From Elusimicrobiota bacterium (GTDB lineage Bacteria > CG03 > SLGR01 > JAGXOG01), in NCBI GenBank assembly GCA_051745145.1, contig JBNJDT010000010.1, forward strand, positions 1-52,164: a DNA stretch of 52,164 nucleotides, written 5' to 3'. Shown piece after piece: positions 27,221-37,100 of this stretch; within the stretch, counting starts at the first letter, position 1, and each line of letters begins with the position of its first letter. The notes under the pieces are model-generated. The model made no database searches. It was not told where the DNA came from and saw nothing but the letters and a program-made list of their open reading frames with translations. The position numbers and the translations under genes were made by a program.

Positions 27221-28650
27221 GTAAGTTTAAAACCATATCTCAAAAGACCCAGGATATCCTATCCGGAAAGACAACCTGCCTGAAAGTTTTAGAAGATAAA
27301 ATCGATAATATTAAGGGAAAGCAGGAGAAACTCAACAGTTTTATATCTTTAGATCTGGCCCGGGCCCGAAAGAGAGCCAAAGAGCTGGATAAGAAAATTT
27401 CCAAGGGCGAAAATCCGGGACCTCTGACCGGAACCATTATAGGGATAAAGGACAATATGCTTTTTAAAGGTACCCGGACTACCTGCGGCTCTAAAATTCT
27501 TGAAAATTACAGTTCCCCTTATACGGCCACGGCAGTTGAAAAACTGGCCGATGCGGGAGCTGTTATAATAGGGAAAACCAACATGGATGAGTTTGCCATG
27601 GGCTCTTCCGGGGAAACATCTTTTTTCGGACCCACTTTAAATCCCGCCGATACTCAAAGAATACCCGGGGGTTCGTCGAGCGGTTCTGCGGCAGGAGTGG
27701 CCAGCGGGCAGGTAACGGCGGCTTTGGGCTCGGATACCGGAGGTTCTATAAGACAGCCGGCGGCAATGTGCGGGGCAGTGGGGTTAAAACCCACCTACGG
27801 ATTAGTCTCCCGGTACGGGTTAGTTGCTTTTTCTTCTTCTTTAGATCAGATAGGTCCGTTGACTGGTAATGTTACCGATTCAGCTGTTATTTTAAATGCA
27901 ATAGCCGGCTATGACAGACGGGATTCTACGAGTCTGGATGTGGATATTCCGGATTATACCGAAGATATCGAAAGAGGCGTAAAAGATTTAACTATAGGAA
28001 TCCCCCAAGAGTATATGGGGGAAGGTTTAGATGCCCAAATAAGAGAAAGGGTGGAGGATACGGCAGAAAAATTGGAAGACTCGGGAGCTACAATCAGACC
28101 GGTCTCCCTGCCCCTTACCAAATACGGCGTTGCCGTCTATTATATAATTGCTCCGGCGGAAGCTTCGGCCAATCTGGCCCGTTTTGACGGTGTAAAATAC
28201 GGTCATCGCAGTGAGAAAGGGGGAAATTTAATTTCAGAATATATAAATACAAGGAGCGAAGGATTTGGCTCCGAGGTAAAAAGAAGGATAATGCTGGGCA
28301 CATATTCTCTTTCGTCGGGGTATTACGATGCCTATTATCTAAAAGCTCAAAAAGTACGGAACCTTATGAAAGAAGAGTTTGAAGAAGTTTACCGGAATGT
28401 CGATTTTCTCTTAACTCCGACCTCTCCGACCACTGCTTTTAAGTTAGGGGAGAAATCCGATAATCCCCTGCAGATGTATTTATCGGATGTATTTACCATA
28501 TCCTGCAACCTGGTAGGACTTCCGGGGATGAATGTTCCGGCGGGGACGGATTCAGCCGGCTTACCTATCGGAATGCAGCTTTTGGGACCTAAACTTTCGG
28601 AAAAGAAGTTATTGCGGGTAGCCCGGCGGGTAGAAAAATTTTATGAATAA
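27217..28650 (+). CDS. gatA: Asp/Glu-tRNA amidotransferase subunit A
   Basis: GKTNMDEFAMGSS, PGGSSSGSA, GSDTGGSIRQPA, EVKRRIMLGT. Confidence 0.97.
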   Translation: MSKFKTISQKTQDILSGKTTCLKVLEDKIDNIKGKQEKLNSFISLDLARARKRAKELDKKISKGENPGPLTGTIIGIKDNMLFKGTRTTCGSKILENYSSPYTATAVEKLADAGAVIIGKTNMDEFAMGSSGETSFFGPTLNPADTQRIPGGSSSGSAAGVASGQVTAALGSDTGGSIRQPAAMCGAVGLKPTYGLVSRYGLVAFSSSLDQIGPLTGNVTDSAVILNAIAGYDRRDSTSLDVDIPDYTEDIERGVKDLTIGIPQEYMGEGLDAQIRERVEDTAEKLEDSGATIRPVSLPLTKYGVAVYYIIAPAEASANLARFDGVKYGHRSEKGGNLISEYINTRSEGFGSEVKRRIMLGTYSLSSGYYDAYYLKAQKVRNLMKEEFEEVYRNVDFLLTPTSPTTAFKLGEKSDNPLQMYLSDVFTISCNLVGLPGMNVPAGTDSAGLPIGMQLLGPKLSEKKLLRVARRVEKFYE

Positions 28651-30097
28651 TAGTAATTACAATATAACAATAGGGCTGGAGGTCCACGTACATCTTAAGA
28701 CGGATACTAAGGTTTTCTGCAGGTGCCCCAATGAATTCGGCGCTGAACCCAATACCAATATATGTCCGGTATGTACCGGCCAGCCGGGTTCTCTTCCGGT
28801 TTTAAATAAGCGGGCTGTCGAGCAGGCCATTCTTGCGGCCCTGGCTTTAAATTTTAAAATTAACTATAAATCCATATTTGCCAGAAAGCAGTATTTTTAT
28901 CCCGACCTGCCCAAAAATTACCAGATATCTCAGTACGAGATACCCCTGGCCGAAAATGGTTTTCTGAAAGTGGAGGGCAGAAAAGTAAATATCACCCGGG
29001 CCCATCTTGAAGAAGATGCCGGAAAACTTATACACGGAGAGCGGGGTAAATCCATGGTTGACTACAATCGTACGGGGACCCCCCTTCTGGAGATAGTTAC
29101 CGAACCTGAAATTAAATCTCCCAAAGAAGCGGGAAAATATTTGAGAACTTTAAAAGAGATATTAATGTACTGCGGGGTGAGCGACTGTGACATGGAAAAA
29201 GGATCCCTCCGGTGCGATGCTAACTTAAGTTTAAAAGAAAAGGGGGATAAGTCCGGGGAATTAGGCGTAAAAACCGAAGTAAAAAATATGAATTCTTTTA
29301 AGGCGGTTGAAAAAGCTCTGTCCTGGGAGGCCGGCCGCCAGGCAAAACTTCTGGATAGGGGGCAGACGGTTAACCAGGAAACCAGGCTGTGGGACGAAGA
29401 TAAAGAGATGACTTTATCCATGAGATCCAAAGAAGAGGCCCATGATTACCGCTATTTTCCCGACCCCGATTTACCGCCGCTGGTTATCCAAAAAGAGCTG
29501 GTGGAGAAAATAAAGAAAAATATTCCGGAACTGCCGGAAGCCAAAAGAAACAGATACGTAAATGAGTACGGGCTTTCCGAATACGACAGCAAGGTATTAA
29601 CCCGGGAAAAAGAGATGGCTGATTTTTTTGAGAGTGCCGCAGAAAAATTAAAGGTTAAAAATGAGAATACCCTGAAGAAACTTACTAACTGGCTTACCGT
29701 TGAACTCACGGGCAGGTTGAATTCTGAAAATATTTCTATCGGGGAAAATCCGGTTTCGCCCGGGCTCCTGGCCGAACTTATAGATTTGATTAATGACGGT
29801 ACTATTTCCGGAAAAATGGCCAAGAAAATTTTTAAAATAATGTGGGAAAAACAGAAAGCCCCTTCTGAGATTGTAAAAGATAAAGGGATGCAGCAGATAA
29901 ACTCAGAAGATAAAATAGAAAATTTATGCCGGGAAACTATTGATAATAATCCTGAAATTGTTAAAAAGTATATAAACGGTAAAGAGGGGGTAATCGGTCC
30001 TCTGGTCGGTAATATTATGCAAAAAACAAAAGGCCAGGCCAACCCTCAAAAAGTTAATCAGAAGCTCAGAGAAATGCTGGAAAAAAAGAAAAAGTAA
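28643..30097 (+). CDS. gatB: Asp/Glu-tRNA amidotransferase subunit B
   Basis: IGLEVH, YFYPDLPK, HLEEDAGK, RCDAN, DYRYFPDPDLPP. Confidence 0.97.
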   Translation: MNNSNYNITIGLEVHVHLKTDTKVFCRCPNEFGAEPNTNICPVCTGQPGSLPVLNKRAVEQAILAALALNFKINYKSIFARKQYFYPDLPKNYQISQYEIPLAENGFLKVEGRKVNITRAHLEEDAGKLIHGERGKSMVDYNRTGTPLLEIVTEPEIKSPKEAGKYLRTLKEILMYCGVSDCDMEKGSLRCDANLSLKEKGDKSGELGVKTEVKNMNSFKAVEKALSWEAGRQAKLLDRGQTVNQETRLWDEDKEMTLSMRSKEEAHDYRYFPDPDLPPLVIQKELVEKIKKNIPELPEAKRNRYVNEYGLSEYDSKVLTREKEMADFFESAAEKLKVKNENTLKKLTNWLTVELTGRLNSENISIGENPVSPGLLAELIDLINDGTISGKMAKKIFKIMWEKQKAPSEIVKDKGMQQINSEDKIENLCRETIDNNPEIVKKYINGKEGVIGPLVGNIMQKTKGQANPQKVNQKLREMLEKKKK

Positions 30098-30127
30098 AAG
30101 AGATAAAAAAGTACAAGGAGAAAAATT

Positions 30128-30703
30128 ATGAAAAATTTAAAAGGAACAGAGACGGAAAAAAATTTATTAACCGCATTTGCGGGAGAATCACAGGCCAGAA
30201 ACAGGTATGATTATTTTGCGACCGTAGCTAAAAAAGAAGGATATGTTCAGATATCGGATATATTCAAAGAGACAGCTTTAAATGAAAAAGAACACGCCAA
30301 GCGTTTTTTTAAGTATTTAGAGGGCGGGGAAGTAGAAATTGAGGCCGCCTATCCGGCAGGAGTTATCGGAAATACAGCAGAAAACTTGCTGGCCGCCGCA
30401 GAGGGTGAAAACGCAGAATGGACTACTATTTACAAAGAAATGAAAGAGACTGCCAAAAAAGAGGGATTTGACGAAATTGCCAGTCAGTTTGAAGAGATAG
30501 CCGAAGTGGAAGAAGAACACGAAAAAAGATACCGTAAACTTCTGTCCAATATTAAGGAAGGAAAAGTCTTCAAACGGGATAAGAAGGTAAGGTGGAAATG
30601 CTTAAACTGCGGTTATGTTCACGAGGGTACCGAAGCTCCTAAAGAATGTCCGGCCTGCAAACACCCTCAGTCATACTACCAGATAAAAGAGGAGACTTAT
30701 TAA
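30128..30703 (+). CDS. rbr: Rubrerythrin
   Basis: AFAGESQARNRY, EKEHA, EEEHEKRY, CLNCGY..CPACKHP. Confidence 0.95.
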   Translation: MKNLKGTETEKNLLTAFAGESQARNRYDYFATVAKKEGYVQISDIFKETALNEKEHAKRFFKYLEGGEVEIEAAYPAGVIGNTAENLLAAAEGENAEWTTIYKEMKETAKKEGFDEIASQFEEIAEVEEEHEKRYRKLLSNIKEGKVFKRDKKVRWKCLNCGYVHEGTEAPKECPACKHPQSYYQIKEETY

Positions 30704-30715
30704 AAGAAAAAATTA

Positions 30716-31471
30716 ATGAGAACTGCTAATCCCGCTTTAAAACAGGAATCATTTACCGGTGTAGATACCGGTACCTCAATGGGGTCTATGACCCTTCAGG
30801 GGACAGTCAATAAGACGGCGTTCCTTCTGGTTTTAGCACTCACCTCCTCCCTGTGGGTCTGGAATAAATTCTTTGCCGCCGGTGGCTCTGTAGAGTCTAT
30901 GCAGGCGGTGACCCCCTGGATGTGGGGTGGGATTATCGGGGGATTAATATTGGCTCTGGTGACCATATTTAAAAAAGAGCTGTCCCCTTATACTGCCCCG
31001 GCCTACGCCCTGGTGGAGGGTTTATTTCTGGGCGGAATTTCGGCCTGGGCCGAAGCTTCTTACCCGGGTATAGTAATACAGGCGATTTCTTTAACTTTCG
31101 GAACCCTGTTTGTACTTCTGTTTTTGTATAAGTCCGGCGTAATAAGAGTTACCGAAAAGTTCAGAATGGGAGTCATATCGGCAACCGGAGCCATATTTTT
31201 GATATATATGGTCTCTTTTATTATGAGATTATTCGGCGTTAATATGCCCTATATTCACGGATCCGGGCTTATAGGCATAGGGTTTAGTCTTTTTGTGGTT
31301 ACCATAGCGGCGTTAAATCTGGTTCTGGATTTTGATCTGATTGAAAGGAGCGTGGATGCCGGAGCTCCTTCCTATATGGAATGGTACGGAGCATTCGGAA
31401 TGATGGTGACCCTGGTCTGGCTCTATATAGAAATATTAAGACTTTTAATAAAGCTTCAGGGCCGGCGTTAG
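30716..31471 (+). CDS. Bax inhibitor-1/YccA family membrane protein
   Basis: MRTANP, MTLQGTVNKT, YPGIVIQA, LVLDFD, EWYGAFG..TLVWLYIEILRL. Confidence 0.9.
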   Translation: MRTANPALKQESFTGVDTGTSMGSMTLQGTVNKTAFLLVLALTSSLWVWNKFFAAGGSVESMQAVTPWMWGGIIGGLILALVTIFKKELSPYTAPAYALVEGLFLGGISAWAEASYPGIVIQAISLTFGTLFVLLFLYKSGVIRVTEKFRMGVISATGAIFLIYMVSFIMRLFGVNMPYIHGSGLIGIGFSLFVVTIAALNLVLDFDLIERSVDAGAPSYMEWYGAFGMMVTLVWLYIEILRLLIKLQGRR

Positions 31472-31475
31472 TATT

Positions 31476-32114
31476 TTAAGCAAATATTTTTTCCAGACCG
31501 CCGTATAAAAACCAGAGCCCAAAAAGTATAAGAAAAACACCGCAGCCAAAGATGATTTTGTGATAATTTTTTGTGCTCAGAATATTTTTAGTTCTGCTGA
31601 AGGTATAGGAAATAAAGGAGTACCAGGCCAGATCGGCAAGTATATGCCCCCCGAAAAATAGACTTATTCCCAGAATTTTATATTCCAGGGCTTTAATTAA
31701 ATACCCCAGCCCGATAGTAATCCACCATATAAACCAGTATGGGTTGGCCAGACTGACAACAATACCGCTTACTACGGGATTGTAGGTGAGAAATGAAAGA
31801 TCTCTGGACCGGGGTTCCAGGGTGAACTGGTCTCCCTTGCGGAGGAGGTCGATACCCATATATATCAGAATAGAGCCCCCGGCTAAAAAGACAACCGTTA
31901 TTACAGAGGGTATAAGCAGAAAATTTTTCAGTCCCAGCAGGATGAGAATTATTAAGGTAAGTTCCAGAAGCATATGGCCCAGCACTACAAGCGGACCGGC
32001 GGGAAACCCCCGTCTCATGGAATGGGCCACGGTAACGGTCAAAAGCGGCCCCGGCATCAGGGCCCCGGAAAGGGCCACTATAAAAGCTCCGGTAAAAATC
32101 AGAAAAAGTTCCAT
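31476..32114 (-). CDS. LysE family translocator
   Basis: LSGALMPGPL, GHMLLE, SLANPYW, HILAD..WY. Confidence 0.88.
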   Translation of the reverse strand: MELFLIFTGAFIVALSGALMPGPLLTVTVAHSMRRGFPAGPLVVLGHMLLELTLIILILLGLKNFLLIPSVITVVFLAGGSILIYMGIDLLRKGDQFTLEPRSRDLSFLTYNPVVSGIVVSLANPYWFIWWITIGLGYLIKALEYKILGISLFFGGHILADLAWYSFISYTFSRTKNILSTKNYHKIIFGCGVFLILFGLWFLYGGLEKIFA

Positions 32115-32176
32115 ACTTTATGATAAAATTTAGGTATTAACTTGTAAAGTGAAAAGAAAAAAATAAAATTTAATTT

Positions 32177-33436
32177 ATGAATCATAATATAAATAAAAAA
32201 CGTAAAAAACCCGAGCTTCTGGCCCCGGCCGGAAATTTGAGGAAATTAAGGACGGCATTTAATTACGGCGCCGACGCGGTATATGTAGGCGGAAAAAAAT
32301 TCGGTCTGAGAGCCGCTGCTCAGAATTTTACCGGTCCGGAGATAAAAAAGGGTTTAGAAATTGCCCGAAAAAACGGAAAAAAAATATACGTAACCTTAAA
32401 TATAATTCCCCGGGACAGTGATTTTAAAAAGATCAAGGAATTTATTGTATTTTTAGATAAAATTGAGGTTCACGGGGTTATAATATCGGATCCGGGGATT
32501 TTAGAAACTGTCCGTAAATTTGCACCGGATCTAAAATTGCATTTAAGTACCCAGGCCAACACTACAAATAGCCAAAGCGCGCTGTTCTGGGCTGAGAATG
32601 GAGTGAAAAGAATCATTCTGGCCAGGGAACTCAATTTAGAGCAAATTACAAAAATTCGAAAGCAGTTACCCGGCTCCGTTGAGCTGGAAACTTTTGTCCA
32701 CGGAGCGATGTGCATGGCTTATTCGGGCCGGTGTCTTTTAAGCAGTTATCTTACCGGCCGCCAGGCCAACCGGGGGGAGTGCACCCAGCCGTGCCGGTGG
32801 GACTATCAGTTAACGGAAAGAGAGCGGCCGGGAGAGTATTTCCCCGTTTTAGAAGGAGAAAATTATACTACGATCTTAAGCTCAAAAGACCTCTGTCTGG
32901 CCGGGCATGTACCCGGACTTATAGAGGCCGGGGTAAACAGTTTTAAAATAGAGGGCAGAATGAAAAGCAGTTATTACGTGGCCCTTGTAACGTCGGTCTA
33001 CAGGAAAATAATCGACGGATATTTTGAAAACCCCAAAGATTATGAAGTTCAGGAGTCTTTATTGCAGGAACTGGACAATGTCAATCACCGGGAATATACG
33101 GAAAATTTTGTTAATAATTCCCCCGCCCGAAAAGCCCAGACCTATAAGGATACGGCTTATATTAAAAAGTATGAGTTTATGGGGCAGGTAAAAGAGTATG
33201 TAAAAGACAGAAAATTAGCTGAAGTGGAAACCAAAAATAAACTGGTAAAAGGAGATAAAGTAGAATTTTTTCAGCCCGGCCTGAGAAAGTTTCAGCAAAA
33301 AGTAAAAACAATGTTCAATGAAGATATGGATCCTATAGACGAAGCCCCCCATGTTAAACAACGGATTTTTGTGAAAACAGAAAGACCGGTTGCTAAACTG
33401 GACATAATGAGAAAGAAAATCCAGTCCTCCGGTTAA
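32177..33436 (+). CDS. U32 family peptidase-like protein (TrhP/YegQ-type, tRNA hydroxylation)
   Basis: PELLAPAG, HLSTQAN, HGAMCMAYSGRC, NRGECTQPCRW, KIEGRMKS. Confidence 0.9.
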   Translation: MNHNINKKRKKPELLAPAGNLRKLRTAFNYGADAVYVGGKKFGLRAAAQNFTGPEIKKGLEIARKNGKKIYVTLNIIPRDSDFKKIKEFIVFLDKIEVHGVIISDPGILETVRKFAPDLKLHLSTQANTTNSQSALFWAENGVKRIILARELNLEQITKIRKQLPGSVELETFVHGAMCMAYSGRCLLSSYLTGRQANRGECTQPCRWDYQLTERERPGEYFPVLEGENYTTILSSKDLCLAGHVPGLIEAGVNSFKIEGRMKSSYYVALVTSVYRKIIDGYFENPKDYEVQESLLQELDNVNHREYTENFVNNSPARKAQTYKDTAYIKKYEFMGQVKEYVKDRKLAEVETKNKLVKGDKVEFFQPGLRKFQQKVKTMFNEDMDPIDEAPHVKQRIFVKTERPVAKLDIMRKKIQSSG

Positions 33437-33437
33437 A

Positions 33438-34046
33438 TTACCAGGCTGAGTTTTCTATGATTTCCTCCCCGTATTTTCCGGGGTTGTATTTTTCCTGGTA
33501 GGAAGAGGCGGTGGACCGCTGTATTCTGTAGGGTTTTACACCTGCTTCCATGGCGTCCTTTATGTCGGAATCGGAATCTCCATAAAATTTATCGAGATTA
33601 AGTTTTTTTAATCTCTCCACTTTAGAATCCGGTTCGAAAAAAGTGTTTTCCCGGGGTATTCCCAGTTTATCCTTTAAAAAATCTTTTAAAGACTGGCCCC
33701 CGCTGGGGTTCCGGGCGGTAACGGCAAAAATTTCCGCTCCCTCAGAACGGTATTTTTCCATAATTTCCCTGGCTTTTTCTTTTACTTTACTATTGCCCCT
33801 GTCCGAGGTATTTACCACCTTCCAGAATTCATCCGAAAAAGGTTGGGTATCGCTCTGGAAACCTTTTTGAAAAGCAGGGGTGGAGAAAAGCAGAGTATCG
33901 TCTACATCAAACCCCACTTTTAATTGACTGGCTGATTGTTCAGTTTTCTTCGGTTTTTCCGTTTCAGTGGTCTTGTTGCAACCGCTTGCCAGTAAGAAAA
34001 CTATTGATACTAAAGCTATGAATTTAAAATTAGATAATTTTCGCAT
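33438..34046 (-). CDS. aphA: Class B acid phosphatase (HAD), lipoprotein
   Basis: Lipobox LASGC; VGFDVDDTLLFS, VTAR, FYGDSDSDI. Confidence 0.8.
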   Translation of the reverse strand: MRKLSNFKFIALVSIVFLLASGCNKTTETEKPKKTEQSASQLKVGFDVDDTLLFSTPAFQKGFQSDTQPFSDEFWKVVNTSDRGNSKVKEKAREIMEKYRSEGAEIFAVTARNPSGGQSLKDFLKDKLGIPRENTFFEPDSKVERLKKLNLDKFYGDSDSDIKDAMEAGVKPYRIQRSTASSYQEKYNPGKYGEEIIENSAW

Positions 34047-34167
34047 ATGTTTCTCCTAAATAATTTATTTTTGCTGATACAATATAATAAAATTTACTTC
34101 TCTGTAATTAAAGTATTTTTATTTTATCTATTAAAATAGTTATTGTCAATAAATTTAGGTAAGACGG

Positions 34168-37100
34168 TTAACTGTTTATCTGGATAAGTTCTTCAAGTTT
34201 TTTGCCGGCGTTGAGGTTTTGATTATCATCGGTGTTCTGGTAGTTGCAAATCCTTTTAACCTGGAGGCAAAACGCCTCCAGCCGGGCTTCAACTTCCTGG
34301 GAAAGGACATTTCCGTCTGTCTCTATGGCCAGGAAAGGCAACATAGAAAGATCATCAATTAAGTTGTGGACCGGATGGTTTTCAGATTCTATATTTTTTT
34401 TCTGTGTTTTTATGGATTCAGAAAGAATAGCTTCGGAAAGCCGGTTGGGCATGCATCCAAACGGACCTATAGCTATAGCTCCGTCTACAGAATCTACAAT
34501 ATCCGTCAGAGCCGTTCCAATAGTTAAGATGGCCTCCCCGGTAAGCTCGGGCGAGAATAAGCCGTCAGTGGCATCAATGACTTTTTGGATATCGATAAGA
34601 TGACCGTTATACAGACCGCTTTTACCGAGAATATTTTTAATAGTTTTTTCAAAATGTTTTTTGACTTTAGAAATCAATTTATGTTTTAACTTTTCAGTTA
34701 GGGAATAATCAGAAAATTCTTCTCCGTGTAAGGCCAGATAGTCAACATAGTAGAGCCATTCGTGCATGGGAGTAACCCGGGTCATAATTCCCCGGTCAGC
34801 CAGTTTTTTTACCATGTAATTACGTGAAAATTCATCCTGCCTGACATAGATTTCTCCTACAAGAGAAACCTTTGGGACTTCTGCCACCGGCCGGGAAAGT
34901 TCTATTTTAGAGAGACGCTTTGCCTCTTTGCGAAGAATTTTTTTAATTTTAAACCATGAAGATTGAGAAAGGGCTTTAAAAATGCGGTCAGAACTTTTTT
35001 CGTAAGTTGCTTTAGCTTTTTCTTTGTCTACAGCCAGAACCCTTATAGTGTTATATATATCACTTAATACGTCGCCTGTTATTAATGACTGCCAGGCTCT
35101 TAGGGTGAATCTGTGGCCCATATCACCGTAATTATTGTCGTCGGAAAGAGTAAGCACGGCCACATCTTCGAGATTGTTATCCCGTATAAAATTATTCATA
35201 AATATGTTATATTGGCCGAACCGGCACGGCCCGGAGGACCGGGGCATAAAATATACTAAAATCTGGCCGTCTTTTTTCTTGTTTTCATAGTAGTTTATAA
35301 GACTTCCCATGGTTAGCTGAAGAGGAAGACACTCTTTGCCGGTGCAGGTTGATTGACCGGCTTTAAGCTCCGGCTGGGCAGGGGGTTTACAGGCTTTAGC
35401 TGAGATGCCGTAGTAGTTAAGCGCGGCCACAGAAGCCCGGGTAATTTTTTTACCCATTGAAGGGACAAGCACTTTTACGCTGTCATCGGTTAATAGATGT
35501 TTTTTTCCCGAGGAATCTACAACTGCGATCTCTTCTCCGTCAAGGTTTATACGAGCCGGCTGATAATTTGAATCATCTTTTTCTTTAAAAGAATCTTTGT
35601 TCAATTTTCTGTAACTGGCTACCACATCTAAAAAAGCTTCAATCCGGGTATCGATGCCTGCATCAGCAGTGTGACTGTCCAGTTCCAGAGTTAAAGTGGG
35701 TTTCCGTCCGTTAATCCGTCTAAAGTAACCCAGCAGAAAAGAGTCGGGGCCGCAGCTGAAATTTGTTATATAAGTGGCATATAGCTGGGGGTGTTCGCTT
35801 ACGTACTTAGCTCCTCTTATTATCTGTTGCCCCAGGGCCCAGTACATCCCGTCGTCGGGCTCTTTTTCTTCAATGGGTAACATATCGAAGGGGATAACTA
35901 ATTCACCGCGGGAAGCGAATTTATGAGGGATCCCCATATTTGCTACAGAGGTTAGGGCGTTATACGACCGCCCGAAAATAACAATAGCTTTTCTCCGGGG
36001 ATCCTTTTCAAGATCATCTAAAATTTCACGGCCCGTATCCCGGCAGATTTGCCGGAAATTCTGTTGATGTTTTACAGCTTTATTGTAAGCCTGAATGACC
36101 GTTGATCTTTTGTGACCGAGCTCTTTGCCTATTTGTACAAATTCTTCTTTCGCAGCGGAATATCCGTCCTGAAAGTTGAGTACGGGGGTAAATACGTTGT
36201 CGTTTTTTAACTTTGGCCAGATCGCCTGCAGGTAATACGGTTCCCCCTGGGACAGGGGGCAGAGCACGGCTCTGTTTTCATATCCTTTAACGGGCAAGCC
36301 CTTTATTTGTGGAAGAAAAATATAATCGGTGGAATGATTGTTTAATAAATCGTACATATATCCGTGACTTATTTCTACCGGGTGACAAAAAGAAGAGGCC
36401 TGTCTTTGCTTGCCTTCTTCTGCGGACTTGTCCGGAAGTACGATCTGATGACCCAGTTCACCGAAAAACCGTGAAAAAAGGGGAAGTAAAGTATTGACTG
36501 ACAGAGACCTGTTAATACCTATTTTTTTAGAATCCGGCCCCGGTTTTTGGGGCTGGTAAAAATAATCTTCAAAAACTAATTTTTCACGTTTTCGGACCAT
36601 ATCCAGATTTCTAACGTCAATTTCCTGCTCATTACCCCGGTTGTAGTATTTGTCGCAGATACCGCCAAAGGGATATTTTTTACCATCAATTTCAAGAACA
36701 TTAATTTCGCATTTCCTGTCGCATTTTTCTATTCCCCCCCGGCAAATAAAAGGTTCGTGGTAGGTAACTTCTCGGTCGGCAAGCCGGTGGAGTTCAAAAG
36801 TTGATTTTTCAGTTAACCCCAGTTTAATGTTCTCTTTTACGGCCAGGGCAACTCCGAAAGCTCCCATGAGGCCGGGCTCGGGCGGCACAATAATGTCTTT
36901 ACCTGTTAGGGCGGCCATGGCCATGGGAACGGCTTTATTGTAACATACTCCTCCCTGCATAAATACTTTGTCACCGACGGGTCTGTTTTCTTTGACCCGG
37001 TTGGTATAATTGCGGCAGATCGAGTATACCAATCCGGCGCATATATCATCAACGCTTATGCCTTCCTGAATAGCAGTTTTAATATCGCTGCTTATAAAAG